Below are positions 41,965 to 57,499 of a DNA stretch of 64,000 nucleotides, one piece after another. Each line of letters starts with the position of its first letter. Positions within the stretch are counted from its first letter, which is position 1. Below the pieces are notes generated by a model. It was not told where the DNA came from and did no database searches. It worked only from the letters and a program-made list of their open reading frames with translations. The stretch comes from the human T2T-CHM13v2.0 reference genome, Homo sapiens. The DNA lies in NCBI RefSeq assembly GCF_009914755.1, contig NC_060928.1. One strand, given 5' to 3'. Made by a program: the position numbers and the translations under genes.

Positions 41965-43639
41965 AAAAATAAAAATATTTACCTCACATGGTTACTATGT
42001 AGAAATGGAATAAACATACAAAAAGCAATTTAATATAGCACTTAGATTCTCCCTCCCTCCTAGTATTTCTGGGATCATTCCAAGGTACAATACAGAAACT
42101 TTTAATTAGACAGGAACAAGGAGATAAGAGAGATGCTTAGAATTCCTTCACATATGCTGCCTCATTTGTGTGTCACAACACCCTTTGGGAAAGAAGTAAA
42201 TATCACCATCCCCATTTTACAGATGAGAGATTAGGGAACTGGCACACGCATGGACATTCTGCTGGTGACTGAAGTAGGATTCAAATTCACACATGCATAT
42301 TGTTTTTCCAGAGGGTTTTAAGGGGTTGGAGGACAGGGGTAGCCAAGACTTCTAGTTCCCTTCATCTTTCCTATGTAGCCATTCCTACAAATTCCACACG
42401 TCACCTGCAAGTTGCCAATGTTACCTTTCCCTGGAAAATCAAGCCTGAAAACCATAGTCGAAGATAAAAATAGGTACAGTCACAGTTACTAACCATGCAC
42501 AATTAGCAACTCTTCTAATAAGAAATAAGGAAGAGGGAGGGAGAAGGAATGGAAGGAGAAGAGGAAGGAAAGAGAAAGGGAGAAATGGTCATGAAACAGA
42601 AGTCCAAATTGTCAAGCTCTACGTTCTCTCATCCACGTCAGGATTTTTTTCCACAAAGGTATCAGCTACTTATCCTGGAACAACCTGCTGTTCCTTCTCA
42701 GCCCTTCAGCTGGGACCTGCATTTAGAAGCCTCCAAGAAGACATACCTGGCCAGGGTCACATTTCTCAGAAAGGCGGCAGCAGGAAGAGTTGAGCCCGGA
42801 GGCCACCACCAGGAACAGGGTGTTTCCCTCGACACAGGATGCAAGTTCACAAAGAAACACCAAGGACCTCCTCTATCTCCAGCTACAGTCTCCTGCTTTC
42901 CTCAACAGAACTTAAGGGCAGGAAGGAAAGCGGAAGTCAGGAATCAGGGCCAGGGAAGCTAAAACAAAGGCGGGTCTCTAAAATGCAGACACACACCCAT
43001 CCCCTCCTCCTGAGCTCACACCCACAGATTCTTAAGCTGGGAAGGGGACAAGCCACCATAGAATTCTAAGTGCCTCAGCCACAAACTGCCTCAAAACACT
43101 GGAGACCTTCTGTGGGCCCAAGGCCATGCTAAAACAACATGTGAGCTTGGCAGACTCCAAAAACTCACAGAAATCTGTTAGGACACACTTACATGGATCT
43201 CTTTTCTAGACAGTTTTCCCCAGAGTCCCAGGTTAAGAACCACTGCACTAGTTGGTCACAAAGTAGGAAAACAGGGCTCTGTAAAAATAAATCATCACTC
43301 TCCCACCAAATCTTCTCTCAACTTCCCTAACTGGGTTAGGTGGACATTCAAGCAATATCCCAGACATTTCTGACTCCATCCCTTCCTTGCCCCATGACCA
43401 GTCAGAAACCTGGCACTAATCCATCCTCTGAAGCTAGTAACATGTGAATTCTCATCCTTTCATTTCCACGGTCGCCTCTAGGCCAGGCTCTTATTAACCG
43501 TCCCGAAGGCCTACAGTCGATATTCTCATTACCTGTCTGCCCTCATGCCAATCCAACTGTACTCTCCCGCAGAGCTGCCTTCCTAAGAGCATCTACCACC
43601 TTTATCACCACCACATATACACGCTCCAAGCTATCAACA

Positions 43640-43865
43640 GCCAGGACCCTGGAGCTGGGCCACCCCGGTTTGAATTCCATCTCCACTGCTTCCTTTGAGT
43701 GTCTCTTTAGGTAAGTCAGCTAACCTCCGTTTCCTCCACTGTAAAATGGAGATAATGAGAATATCTATACCAAATGTCTGTTGTGGGAATTAAATAGGAG
43801 AGTGTGTGTAAAGCACTCAGAATGGTGATGGCACACAGTAATTGCTGTGTAAGTGTTAACTGTCA
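43640..43865 (+). mobile_element. MIR
   Basis: ctgtaaaatggagataat...gtgtaaagcactcagaa. Confidence 0.78.
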
Positions 43866-43918
43866 CCAACATGAATATTCTTAAAGCTTTTCACTGGTTA
43901 CCAAATAAAATCTCACTT

Positions 43919-44075
43919 GGGCCAGGCATGGTAGGTCATGCCTGTAATCCCAGCACGTTTAGAGGCTGAGGAAGGAGGATCACTGGAGGACAGGAGTTGG
44001 AGATCAGCCTGGGCAACATAGCAAGACCTTGTCTGTACAAAAATACATACATACATACATACATACATACATACC
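43919..44075 (+). mobile_element. FLAM/Alu left monomer with (TACA)n tail
   Basis: Monomer match; TSD aaaatctcactt. Confidence 0.88.
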
Positions 44076-44524
44076 AAAACAAAATCTCACTTCACTGATA
44101 GGCTCTTATGACCCTCTATATTCTGTCCCAAATGGGTCAAACTAACCCCAACTTGTCCCTAATCTGCATGGACATAAGCCGTTCTTCTCCTACCTGATCC
44201 CAAGCAGGGCACCACACCAGTGCCTCACTCTATACTGAAGTTACTGAACATCTCCCACTCACAAGCCTCTTCCATTTGTTCTGCCTGGGATGCCGTGTCA
44301 TATCAGTGTCTGTCAAACCCTCACAGCTCTCGTAGACAAGATCAAGCACTGATCCCACATAAGATACTGCCATCGTGAATTCCAGCAACAGCACTGAGGA
44401 TGTTAACACACCTAACAGTTTCTGTGGTCCTGTTCCTACCTGCCCAAGGGCTAATTGGCTGGTCTACCTTAAAGCAGTAACCCTTCCTCTCGGTAAAATG
44501 AGGTAGTTGAAACAAGTGACTTAA

Positions 44525-44925
<401 letters not shown>

Positions 44926-45809
44926 TAGGGTAACTGCACATATTTTTATTTTTTAAATGAATAACTGAAAGCATTCCAGGTCTCAAGTTTCCAAGGCTAG
45001 GGAAAAAAGTGAAATTTTACTATATGATGTGCAAAATTCTTTTCTCTTTACAATTTGATGACCCTATGACTTCTAGTTTTTTTCCCAATAAACTAGAGAA
45101 GATAATTTTCATTTCATACCTTATATTATCTCCATGATACATATTGCAAAGCCATTTCTACCTTCCATGTGGAAAGTAATCCTGAGTGTTATACCCAAAT
45201 CCAAGGCAGTTAAAAAAAAAAAAAGTTAAATTATTTCTCCCTACCCCTCAATTTAGCAATAGAAAATTCCAGGATAACTTTTTTCTATAAATGAACAGAA
45301 CCAGCCCCCAAATTTCTTAAAAGCAGCAGCTTGGAACTCAGCCACAAGAAGTTTGAAAAGTGGCAAAAAATTTAATAATACCATTACCCTGAAATCCAAT
45401 AAAGCCTGTTGGAGCTTAACATTTTCAAGAAATCAGACTATTTATGCTATTACCCCAGTACTGCTATAGTTTCCTATAAAGCCATAAATACACACAATAT
45501 AGTTCACCAGAAAACTAAGAGTATCATAAAAAAGGCCATAAGGAAGATACTGCCCATGAAGTATATCTCCACGGTACTTGCTACAGCAAGTTCACACAGA
45601 GGAGTTCATTTATTTTGAAAATTACATTTCCAAGTCCACAACTCCACAACTCATCACTTTGAACTGTGAACAACTTTTAATATAAGTTAGAGCTTTCTTT
45701 TCAAAGACTGTTTTCACACAAGATAAAGGTCATACTGAATATCAAGGACATGTATAAGGCTGTCACAATAATGAGGAAAAGGCTCATAACATCTGCGTCT
45801 TCATATCTG

Positions 45810-46335
45810 CTTAATTTAACAGTCCATTCAGCTTTAAGTAACAGAAAACCTACCTAACAGTGGATTCAACAAAAAGAAAGGAGTTGGAAGGCCCAGGGCT
45901 GCAGGTGTTGGCTTGAAAACAACCTCAGGGCAGGTATCTCTGAGGCTCTTGGACTTTCCTTCATGCTTGTCACCTCATGGTGACATGAAGGCTGCTGTAC
46001 ATCCAGGCATCTTATCAGCATTCAAGGCAGAAAGAATGGGAAAGCAAGGGAGGGTACTGACAAGCTCAGTTGTCAGGCTTTATAGAGACAATAAATGCTT
46101 TCCCAGCAACCTCACTCCCATCCCAGTGGACTTATTCTCAGGTCTCACTGGCCAGAAGTAGGTCACAGGGCCACACTTGCTACAAGGAATGCTGGAAAAT
46201 CAGGGTTCAGGACTGGTATATTGGCTTAATCATCACAATTTACTGTCGAGGCTGATCTCCACACCACCCTGAATTAAACTATAGCCCTATGAGCAACAAT
46301 GGAACAGGATATGGGCAGTGAGTGGGCAATTAATT
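45810..46335 (-). mobile_element. MLT1-like MaLR LTR remnant
   Basis: aagtaacagaaaacc...aacagtgg; tctcactggccagaa...ggtcacagggcca. Confidence 0.5.
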
Positions 46336-46779
46336 GTGTCTCCATTTTGAGTCTCCATCTTGGGAAGGAGAAAATCATCCAATGAAGGGTTTTCTGCTGC
46401 CAATATCAAAAGCATCCACTACCTATAAAGTAACTGTTTTAAAAATTCCCATACCTATAACAACAAACAAATAAAAATTGCTTAATCTTTTAAGTTCATA
46501 TACCTTGGTTTTTCTCTCTATATAAAGTATAAATGGGCAGTCAATGGCTAAAAGGTGGGTGTGAAGTCTTGTTGCTGTGAACTCTGATCACAACTTGACC
46601 ACTGAGAAGCTTTGAGGTGCAGCTCGCTATTCCCCAGGCAGAAAAGCCATGGAAACCTTTAAGCTACCATACGGGGGAGAAGCCTCCTAAATGTGCTGTC
46701 TGCATGCTGCTCTCGCCACCTCCCTGCCCCTCCCGATCAAACAGGCACATCCATTTAGCACCCTAGATGCCCTGCACCT

Positions 46780-47260
46780 ACTGAACCTTCAGTGGCTCCC
46801 CACTACTCTTAGGAAACAGCTGAAACTCCTTACCAAGGCCCTCCACTCTGATTTGACCAGGCCGCCTTCTCCAACCTCATCTCCCACCAGGTCCCACCAC
46901 ACTTGCTATGCTCTGGCCACCCTGGCTCCTTGCCATTCCTTAAACAGTCCATACCCCTTGGTCTGTAATGGGCTTTTCCCAGCTCTTCATAGACTGGGCT
47001 TTCCCCATGCTTCAGATTGCAGCTCAAGCACTGCTTCTTCAGGGACACCTTCCCTGGTCACCCAACATCATGTGGGCCGTGACCAGTATCCCTCCATCAC
47101 ACTCTTCATTCCTCCATAGCAGGTACCATGATCCACAATTATCTCCTCTACTGGAAGGCTTTCCTATCACCTGTCTCCATCACTAGAACAAATAGAAGTG
47201 CTATGGGAGCGGAGACCTCATCTACCTTTTCACTGCTCTATTCCCAGTGCCCAGCGCGGA
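46780..47260 (+). mobile_element. L2
   Basis: aaccttcagtggctccccact...aaactccttacc...ctatattcccagtgccc-like segments. Confidence 0.6.
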
Positions 47261-47484
47261 GTAAGGGCTCTGGACTGTTATTTTCGCCATCCTGGTTCCA
47301 GGACTTGCCTGATAAGGTTGACTTGTCACTGCCCTCTATACCACCCACTCTTTCGTGTGGCCACCAAATGAACACTACATCTCTAGGACCCGCTCCACTG
47401 CAATCCTGACCTTGGAACTTCCTCTCTCCCCAACAACTTTTCTTGGTTGTCACACCCCTCTGACTCCTCTCTCATCTACTGAAG

Positions 47485-48053
<569 letters not shown>

Positions 48054-48998
48054 AAATAAATGTAACTTCTTATTAAGAATATACTCTTTGTTCTTATTGG
48101 CATATGCACTCCCCTAGGCCCTTCTCATTTGATCCCAGTTCATCAGATCCCTCCGTAATGTACCATTTAATGTGTCCTTCAAATCCCACCCAGGAGACCT
48201 GCATTCCCATGCCTGATCTGCCAACAACTTGATCTGAATTGCATTCCTCCCCAGACCATTGTGTCCTGTTGGAGGAAGATGATCTGGAAATTGTGTTCTC
48301 CTGGGCTTTACTGACTGCACACATCTTTACCAGCCTTCCCCTCCTCTAAACTGCTTCATCACATAAACTGATTCTAAATGACACAGTTACCACCTTTGGT
48401 CACATCCACAGATGAGATATAAGAATTGAGGGCAATATGTAACTCTTCTCAATACCCCAGAGAAGTCAACACAGTATTCGGAGTATAGCAAACACAGTCT
48501 CTACCTATTAATTGGCACTGGTCACCCTATCTCCTCTTAACTGTACCTTTTCCCTCAAAAAAGGGAAGCGTCTTTATAAACTGCACCCCGCTTACTTGCT
48601 TAAACTGGATCCTGCGGTGTGAGGATCAGTGATTTCAAAACAAAAAGCTACTATCTCTTGTTCAAAAACAACAGGAATCCTCTTTACCCCTAACTAAGCC
48701 CAAGACACAAGGATAGGATGGCAGCAGGTATGCCTGATTTCCAGAGTTAGCCAAGTCATGTTGGATTTATTGGTATTGAGTTCCAAATAACTAATATGTA
48801 ACATAAGCTCTTTGTGGAATTTTCTTGTACTCTGGGAGAGGGGGATCAACTTTCCCAAAAATTGGACACTCCTAGGGAGGAATTCAGGGGAGAAAACAAA
48901 TGGAATCCCATGGACTTAAGTATTTTCCATAAAATCAAAAAAGACAGACTAAAAAGTCTAGATATTCCTTTAACAAAGCATCATCTATAAAATATTCA

Positions 48999-49297
<299 letters not shown>

Positions 49298-51008
49298 ACA
49301 ATGTTCAATAGTATATGTTGCTGTTTTCTTTTCCTTAGTATATATTCATAACAGAAAGGTCTAGAAGCTACAGAGGCAAACAACAAACTGACCTATCTTA
49401 TGACTCTGAAATAAATATGCCAAGTCATTCGTTTAGAATTCTATTGGTTTCATCTTGCACGGATTTTTGTGGCCTTTTGTGCAAAGGAAGGTCAGCAGAG
49501 TTCACTTCTCCTGAGGACAATTTCAGGTTTGCATAAATGAGCAAGTGTCCAAGAACCTGGAAAAATAAGTCCTTTTGCTTTGGTTTCAAAATGAGGCCCC
49601 ATAAAAAGTTGCATGTGTTTCTCCTTTCCCTTCTGGAGGCTGCTCGCAGAAGATAGGTCTTAAGCTTCCCAAGTCTGGCTGGGGCATTTCCTCCCCGCTC
49701 TTCCTTTAGCAGAGGTGCTGTGCCTCCTGCCCTGAGGACAACACATTCTTCTCATCTTTTTCAGGGGCAAAGCCTGTCCTCTCACACACATGGGACCCTT
49801 TCTGACCTACCCCCAGCATCCTAATCCTCTTCATGTGGAGTATAGGGAAGGGAAAAAGGACTAAAGTCCCTCCAAAGACTATTCTGGCATGTTTCCAGAG
49901 TCTCATTCTGCAACAAAAGCAGACACCAGGTAGGCTTCTTTCCAGGGCATCCGATTCCTCCTGGTGAAGACTTGTCACAGGGCTTCTTAGTCCCACTCTA
50001 TTTGCTGGAAAAGGGAAAGTGATAGATCCAGAGCATCCAAACAAAAAGGACACTCTTTTATTACAACAAAATAAGACTGCAAATCTCTACCCTGGAAGTA
50101 GCGAATTACAAGAGAGGTTTAAAAAAAAAAAAAGCAAGAGCAAGTTACAAAGAAGGGACTTAATTTGGACTATTGAAATTTCATTTCTTTCTTCAGTGAA
50201 AGATAAATACATAGAAGTAACCTTTCTTTACTAGTCTCAACATCAAGATGTAAGATTATGTACTAGGTATGTGAAAACAAGGTCTGTATTTATGAGTATC
50301 TGAAAATAATGGCGGTCAACAGGCCTCAGATCACCAATTTTACAGGTTGGGTTCACATGCCATGTAAAAATCTAGAATCTAACTGACGGACTCTGAGACA
50401 TGCACAGAAAGTTATCTACAAGTAAGGAGGTAGCCACGGATAAGACTATGCTACACTACAAAAATGTGGTTACTCAGGTTCATGGCATCTCAGTAGAGGG
50501 ATGTGCAGAGCACCCATTCACTGAATTAATACTTAACATCTAAAGTTCTGCAGAAATCAGGGATTGCAATTTGGTGACAAAAATATCTTAAAATTCTTTA
50601 ATAGGATGGTGGTAATAAAGTTTCCAATCAACATGGTGAGCTGAGGTGACAGGGAAGGGCTCTGCCTGTTTCAAACACGTGGAAAAACTGAGGGAGAGAT
50701 CATTAACAACTAAGAAAATACTAAGAAAAAAATCAAAATCACAAGAAATAAATCCCTGGGCCAGAACCAAAGATAGAACTTAAAGTCAGATGAGAGAAAG
50801 TTAAAGCTCTGAAGATGTAAAAGGCTATCAGAACATGAGACAGGCTTAGTGTGTAGGGGCTGAGATCCTGATGAACCCTGGAGAACAAAGGGTCATATCT
50901 CACCAACAAGAAATCAAAATTTAAACGGCTCCCACCTAGAGGTATGGCATCCAAATACAGAACACCCATGAAGCATCAGGTCCCCAAGCCAAGAAAACAA
51001 TAACATTA

Positions 51009-51835
51009 GGCTGGGCGAGGTGGCTCACGCCTATAATCCCAGCACTTTGGGAGGCCGAGGCAGGCGGATCACCTGAGGTCAGGAGTTTGAGACCAGCCTG
51101 GCCAACATGGTGAAAACCCATCTCTACTAAAAATACAAAAATTAGCCAGGCATGGTGGCAGGCGCCTGTAATCCCAACTACTCAGGTGGCTGAGACAGGA
51201 GAATTGCTTGAACCCAGGATGTTGGGGGCAAGCCCCCCAAAATCTGGCCATAAACTGTCCCCAAGACTGGCCATAAACAAAATATCGGCAGCACTGTGAC
51301 ATGTTCACAATGGCCCTAACGCCCAAGCTGGAAGGTTGTGGGTTTACGCGAATGAGGGCAAGGAACACCTGGCCCGCCCAGGGCGGAAAACCGCTTAAAG
51401 GCGTTCTTAAGCCACAAACAATAGCATGAGCAATTTATGCCTTAAGGGCATGTTCCTGCTGCAGTTAACTAGCCCAACCTATTTCTTTAATTTGGCCCAT
51501 CCCTTCATTTCCCTTAAGTGATACTTTTAGTTAATTTATTATTTATAGAAACAATGCTAATGACTGGTTTGCTGTTAATAAGTATGTGGGTAAATCTCTG
51601 TTCGGGGCTCTCAGCTCTGAAGGCTGTGAGACCCCTGATTTCCCACTTCACACCTCTATATTTCTGTGTGTGTGTCTTTAATTCCTCTAGTGCCGCTGGG
51701 TTAGAGTCTCCCCGACCAAGCTGGTCTCCGCACCGGGAGGCAGAGGTTGCAGTGAGTCAAGATCGTGCCACTCCACTCCAGCCTATGTAACAAACAGCAA
51801 AACTCCGTCTCAAAAAAAAATAAAATAATAATAAT
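51009..51835 (+). mobile_element. AluS split by a MER9 LTR (Alu parts 51009-51219 and 51733-51835)
   Basis: The Alu resumes in register after the LTR; outer TSD aacaataaca. Confidence 0.92.
51220..51732 (+). mobile_element. MER9 solo LTR (HERV-K9/HML-3), 513 bp
   Basis: tgttgggggcaagccccccaaaatctggccataaac...gctggtctccgca; 6-bp TSD ccagga/ccggga. Confidence 0.88.
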
Positions 51836-53091
51836 AACAATAACACTGGTCCAGAAGCCAGGACACCCATGGGGCACTAACTGAGGAAAATGAGAAAGTG
51901 GGGGATTTGCACAATCCTAGTTGTACAGGACTCCCACATAAAACAACCTCTACTGAAGAGACTTACAGTGAAAGCTTAACACCAAACAAGAAACAATTTA
52001 CCAAAAGAGACAGTCGACACAACTGGCAAAACCTGTGCCCAAGAGCTAGAAATAGAAAAGTAAATAGCGGTTGTTCAGGAAAAAGTTACCATGAATACAA
52101 CTAAAGCTAAAGAGAACCATGTGTGTTGGAAAACAGGATTTGCAAAAACTTGTAATATGCAAAGAATTTCTCCCCTTATCAATGCTGAGCTAAGTTTCTA
52201 AGCAAGTACTTCATTCATTCATCCATTCGATATATATTATTAAGCATTTATTCAGCGTCAGGCTCCAATTACTCCCTCCCCCTCAGTCGTGGCTGGCACA
52301 GGCTCTGAGGATGGTTATTATCCAGTTCCACCCCTTAGCCCAAGATGACTCCACAAATACTGGAGCAACTACCGTAGATATAATAGTGTCCTCACTCACA
52401 GAGGAGAGGAGGGAAATAGTACTGGAGTTCAGACAAATTATATACATGTGCCAAAATATAAAAGGAATTTAGGACACAAGCAAGCATCAAGAGGGAGATT
52501 TAAGAGCTGCAGGAACACGTGCTTCCAGCAGGGAAACCAGGAAAACTCCCTGGGAAAGAGAACGACTCTGCTGCACCCCATGGCAAAAGCAGGATTTTAG
52601 CGGGTTACCAAAAGATGGATCCACATACCAGAGGGGAAACAGCAGGAGCAAAGGCACGTGACCCAAAGGCACAGGGTGTACCCTGGCAGGAGCAGCCCAC
52701 ACAGACTACTATAAATGTCTACTGAATAGCAATAATACTAACAACAATAACGATCATTCATCATGAGTAATGGGTAATAAAAATAAGGAGCAGTGAAAGG
52801 AAACCTAAAGGACTCAAATACCAGGGTGACCTTTTAAACTAGTGGGGACACACTAAACATTTTCAGCAGGGAAGCGGCATGGTCAGAGCCATGCCTCAGT
52901 TAGATTCATTTGGCTACTATGCATGAGTTAAGTTTGCAGGCAAAGAGACTGCAGGCCAAGGTCTGGAAGCTATTGTAACAGTCCAGATCCTCACAGCTGC
53001 AGTTGCAGTGGTGGCTGCAGTCATCCAAAGGAATGGATAGGTACAGACAAAAATGAACAAATATGCAATTTTTATTAGCAATTCCTGGAAT

Positions 53092-53472
53092 ATAGTCATG
53101 TGTTGCTGAACAACAGAAATACATTCTGAGAAATGCATCGTTGGGCGATTTCATTGCTGTGCAAACATCACCATGGAGTGTTCTTACACAAACCTAGATG
53201 GTACAGCCTACTACACACCGAGGCTAGATGGCACAGCCTACTACACACCTAGGCTAGATGGCAGAGCCTAGTGTTCCCAGGCTACAAACCTGTACAGCGT
53301 GTTACTGTACTGAATACCGCAGGCAAATGTGATACAATGATAAGTATTTGGGCACCTAAACATATCTAAACATAGAAAAGGTACAGGAGAAATAGGGTCT
53401 TATAATCTTATGGGACTACTGTTGTACATGCAGTCCATCATAGATTGAAACATTGTTATGTGGCACATGACT
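53092..53472. mobile_element. Tigger3/MER7 (Golem)-type DNA transposon
   Basis: agtcatgtg...cacatgact termini; cattctgagaaatgcatcgtt; 30-bp internal unit repeated. Confidence 0.8.
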
Positions 53473-53987
53473 CATTTTAAAACTGGAGTTTTAACATAAA
53501 CACAAATATCTGTATGAAAAGCCTGGCAAGAACAGCTCTAGCTATTTACTTCTTATTTTCGTGCTCAATGGATGCCATTCTGCATTCCATCCAAGAGCAG
53601 CACCCTGTCCTGAAAGGAGATAGCCTGGAAAGGCAGAATAATCTCAAAACAGAAAGAAAGAAAATTAAAACTCCAGTCTGACATACAAGCCTCAAAAACA
53701 ATGTAGAGCACAGCAGTATGCACTGCTGACCCTTGACTGATGATTCCGACCACACCTGATGATAAAATTATTAACTATGGCATGTTGCTGTTGTTTTTTA
53801 CTGAAATCGTTTCCCTTCTCCAGGGAACAGTTGTGGCCCTGTTCAGACACAGGCCTGGTGAGCAGGCCCCAGGTCAAATTGGCTTTCCTGCCTTATGTGA
53901 GGGCAGCAAGGGCTGCTAAGGTTAACATTTCTTTCTGCTATGAGTAGCCTCTGCAGAACGTCAGCTTGAGGTTTCAACAAGCAAATC

Positions 53988-54290
<303 letters not shown>

Positions 54291-54911
54291 AAATCTTATT
54301 TAATGATCAGGAGAAGCAAGCTACAAAGGAGTACGTAGAAGGGAGGAATGGAGAACAAATCAAATAAAATAAGTAACAGTGTTCATGCCTTGGACTGAGG
54401 GATCAACACCGGGAAAAGAAATCAGAGATGGAAACCATGAGAGGGTACGAACCACACTCTAGTTCCAGGGAAGGGCATTTCAGGCAATGTGTTATGCAGA
54501 TGTGTGCCCCCGGAAAAGCAGTCACTCACTCTCCCTCCACCAGAAAAAAGGCACAAAGTGACAAGCTCAGCAGAGGCCTCGGGGCAGCAATCTCTACGCT
54601 GAGCACAGGTAGCACGTTTCTGGCACCCAGTGAGGAGAAGATAGTTTTCTCCTAAAGAGCTTTTAGTAAGAAACAAGTCAAATGAAAATAAAGAGCTTCC
54701 TTGCAATTACTGGACAGCACACACCTCTGCAGCTCAGGGCCCTTCGGTAATCTCTGGAAAGGCACTCAGCTGATGGCCAATGTGTCATTCTCTAAGATGA
54801 AAAAAGGAGCAAGTCCACATATGTGAATTTTTCAGATAAATTTACTTCTTCCACTCCAAGAGCCCAAATGTTAGCATTTTAACCACTGTGAAAGAACGAT
54901 GTTCTCAAAAT

Positions 54912-54990
54912 ATATTAGCTTGAACCATATGAAATTAACCTTCTGTATGTCAAAAATGCTCAAGTACTAACAATTTCACTTGGATCAATG
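54912..54990. mobile_element. MADE2-like mariner MITE
   Basis: ttgaaccatatgaaatt...caatttcacttggatcaa imperfect inverted repeat, about 80 bp. Confidence 0.6.
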
Positions 54991-55020
54991 GCAGTACATG
55001 CCCTTCAACTTTCTTCTACA

Positions 55021-55218
55021 TAGGGGTGGGCAAATTTTTTCTTAACAGGCTCACAGATATTTTAGGCTTTGAGGGCCAAGAGACAAAAAAGAGATTATGT
55101 AGGTGCTTATATAACCATTTAAAATGTAACCATTTAAAAATATAAAAACCACCCTCAGCTCCTATAAAAATAAGCATGGGCTGGATCTGACCTATTGGCT
55201 ACAGTATGCAGATCCCTG
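55021..55218. mobile_element. MER58-type hAT element
   Basis: taggggtgggcaaatttttt...tattttaggctttg...gcagatccctg. Confidence 0.65.
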
Positions 55219-55477
55219 TTATACAGGGTACAGGTGTAAACTTTTTTCTGATGATGCTCACTATGAAAATTGATAATTTCAGAGTAAATCTGTAACACCC
55301 TTGGAGATGCTAACAATATCTGAAAATATGTGAAGAGCTGTTTACCCCAACACTGCTGGCTTTAATGCTGGTTGTTGGTCCGAATCCCTATTCTATTATC
55401 AGCTATCCCTCCCTACTGCTATAAAGTGCCACTGCTTTTAACTGTCTGACTTACTTTACAAACAATTGTCTGGGTGA

Positions 55478-56162
<685 letters not shown>

Positions 56163-56828
56163 ATAACTTTCCTATAAAGAAAAAAACTGAGCTGCATAAG
56201 GTAATAGGACTTAAAGATGAATATGAATAAGCATAATTACAGAAAGGATATGGGGGCAAAAGCACTTATGGGGAATTACCCCAAATTTCCCCTGACTTGG
56301 AGCCAAAATTCCACAGGTTCCAAAGGAAAGCAACAAAAACAAATAAATATCTATACAGCTGCTCCAAGGCCAAAAGACTGCAGGGAGCAAGAAGTAAGTC
56401 TGAGACACACTGCCCTTCATAGAAATAAACATAGATCATTAAAGGGAAGAATCATTTTTCTCCCAGGTTAATCAGGGGTAACGACAAATAGGAAAAGGCT
56501 ACAACTATAGCAGTTCCCAAAAGACTGCTGGAAAAACTTTAGTGTTGTGAGACATCGAAGGTCATCCCTGAGGGAACTGAAAGAGTTTCCTCCTTTGGAG
56601 AAGGCTAAGAAGTAAGAGCCAGGAACTCCCTCCCTAATACATATTAAACAGAGACATACCCAGGGGACCTCTCTTCTGGGTCCATGAATTTTGTGATTAT
56701 AAAGGAATTCAAACAATCACTGTGAAACGTTTTTAATTTATGGCATTATTATCATTTCAAATGTTAACATATTGTGATGAAAAAGGAAAGCTTAAAAAAA
56801 TAAAAGCCTGTAGAAGAATACATACATT

Positions 56829-57126
56829 AGACCAGGCATGGTGGCTCATGCCTGTAATCCAGAAACTTTGAGAGGCTGAGGTGGGTGGGATCTCTTGAGC
56901 CTAGGAGGTCAAGACCAGCCTGGGCAACACAGCAAGACCCCATCTCTACAAAAAATAAACAAAATTAGCCAGGCACGGTGGCACATCTGTAGTCCCAATT
57001 GCACCGTAAGCTAAGGTGGAAGGATCACTTGAACCAGAAGTTCGAAGCTACAGTGAGCTGTGTTCATGCCACTGGACCCCAGCCTGGGCAACAGAGCAAG
57101 ACCCTGTCTCAAAAAAGAAAAGAAAA
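56829..57126 (+). mobile_element. AluJ
   Basis: Diverged Alu, J-type. Confidence 0.88.
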
Positions 57127-57401
57127 ATTTGGAAAAAAAGAATGGATGCACAGAAACAGAAAAAGGAGATTGTTGACATACACTTCTGGTCTTATAGGGC
57201 CACTTAATTACAAAAATCCTAATTTAGATAACATTTCTTACCATGCAATATTTAAAACTTACCCTAGAGCAATCCATTCTCTTGTATTTCTAAACATCCT
57301 TATTTAAACCTTTAAAGCTTTTACCAATTCAGTACTCTTGTGATATTCTACAATGAAAATTAAAGAGAAAAAAGCAAGAGAGAGACTGATCCCATACATA
57401 C

Positions 57402-57499
57402 ATGAGCTGCCTGGACAACAGTGAGCCCATAGCGACAGTCAACACATTGGCAGAGGCCTCGGCAGTTCCCAAGTCCTCAGGAAAGACTGAGATGGTTAG
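57402..57499 (-). other. APBB2: APBB2 non-coding 5'UTR exon, 98 nt
   Basis: Pyrimidine-rich acceptor (ttttttttttctccccccaccacag|CTAAC) at 57500/57499 and donor CAT|gtatgt at 57402/57401 in non-repeat sequence; size agrees with my recollection of the APBB2 UTR structure. Confidence 0.8.

Noticed and set aside
42549-42962. 137-aa ORF in non-repeat sequence
   Set aside because: No recognisable homology, starts in a purine-rich low-complexity tract, antisense to APBB2; consistent with chance.
53735-53805. TGATGA...CTGA motifs suggesting a C/D snoRNA
   Set aside because: Antisense to the host transcript, spacing too short, box C lacks the leading purine, no terminal stem.
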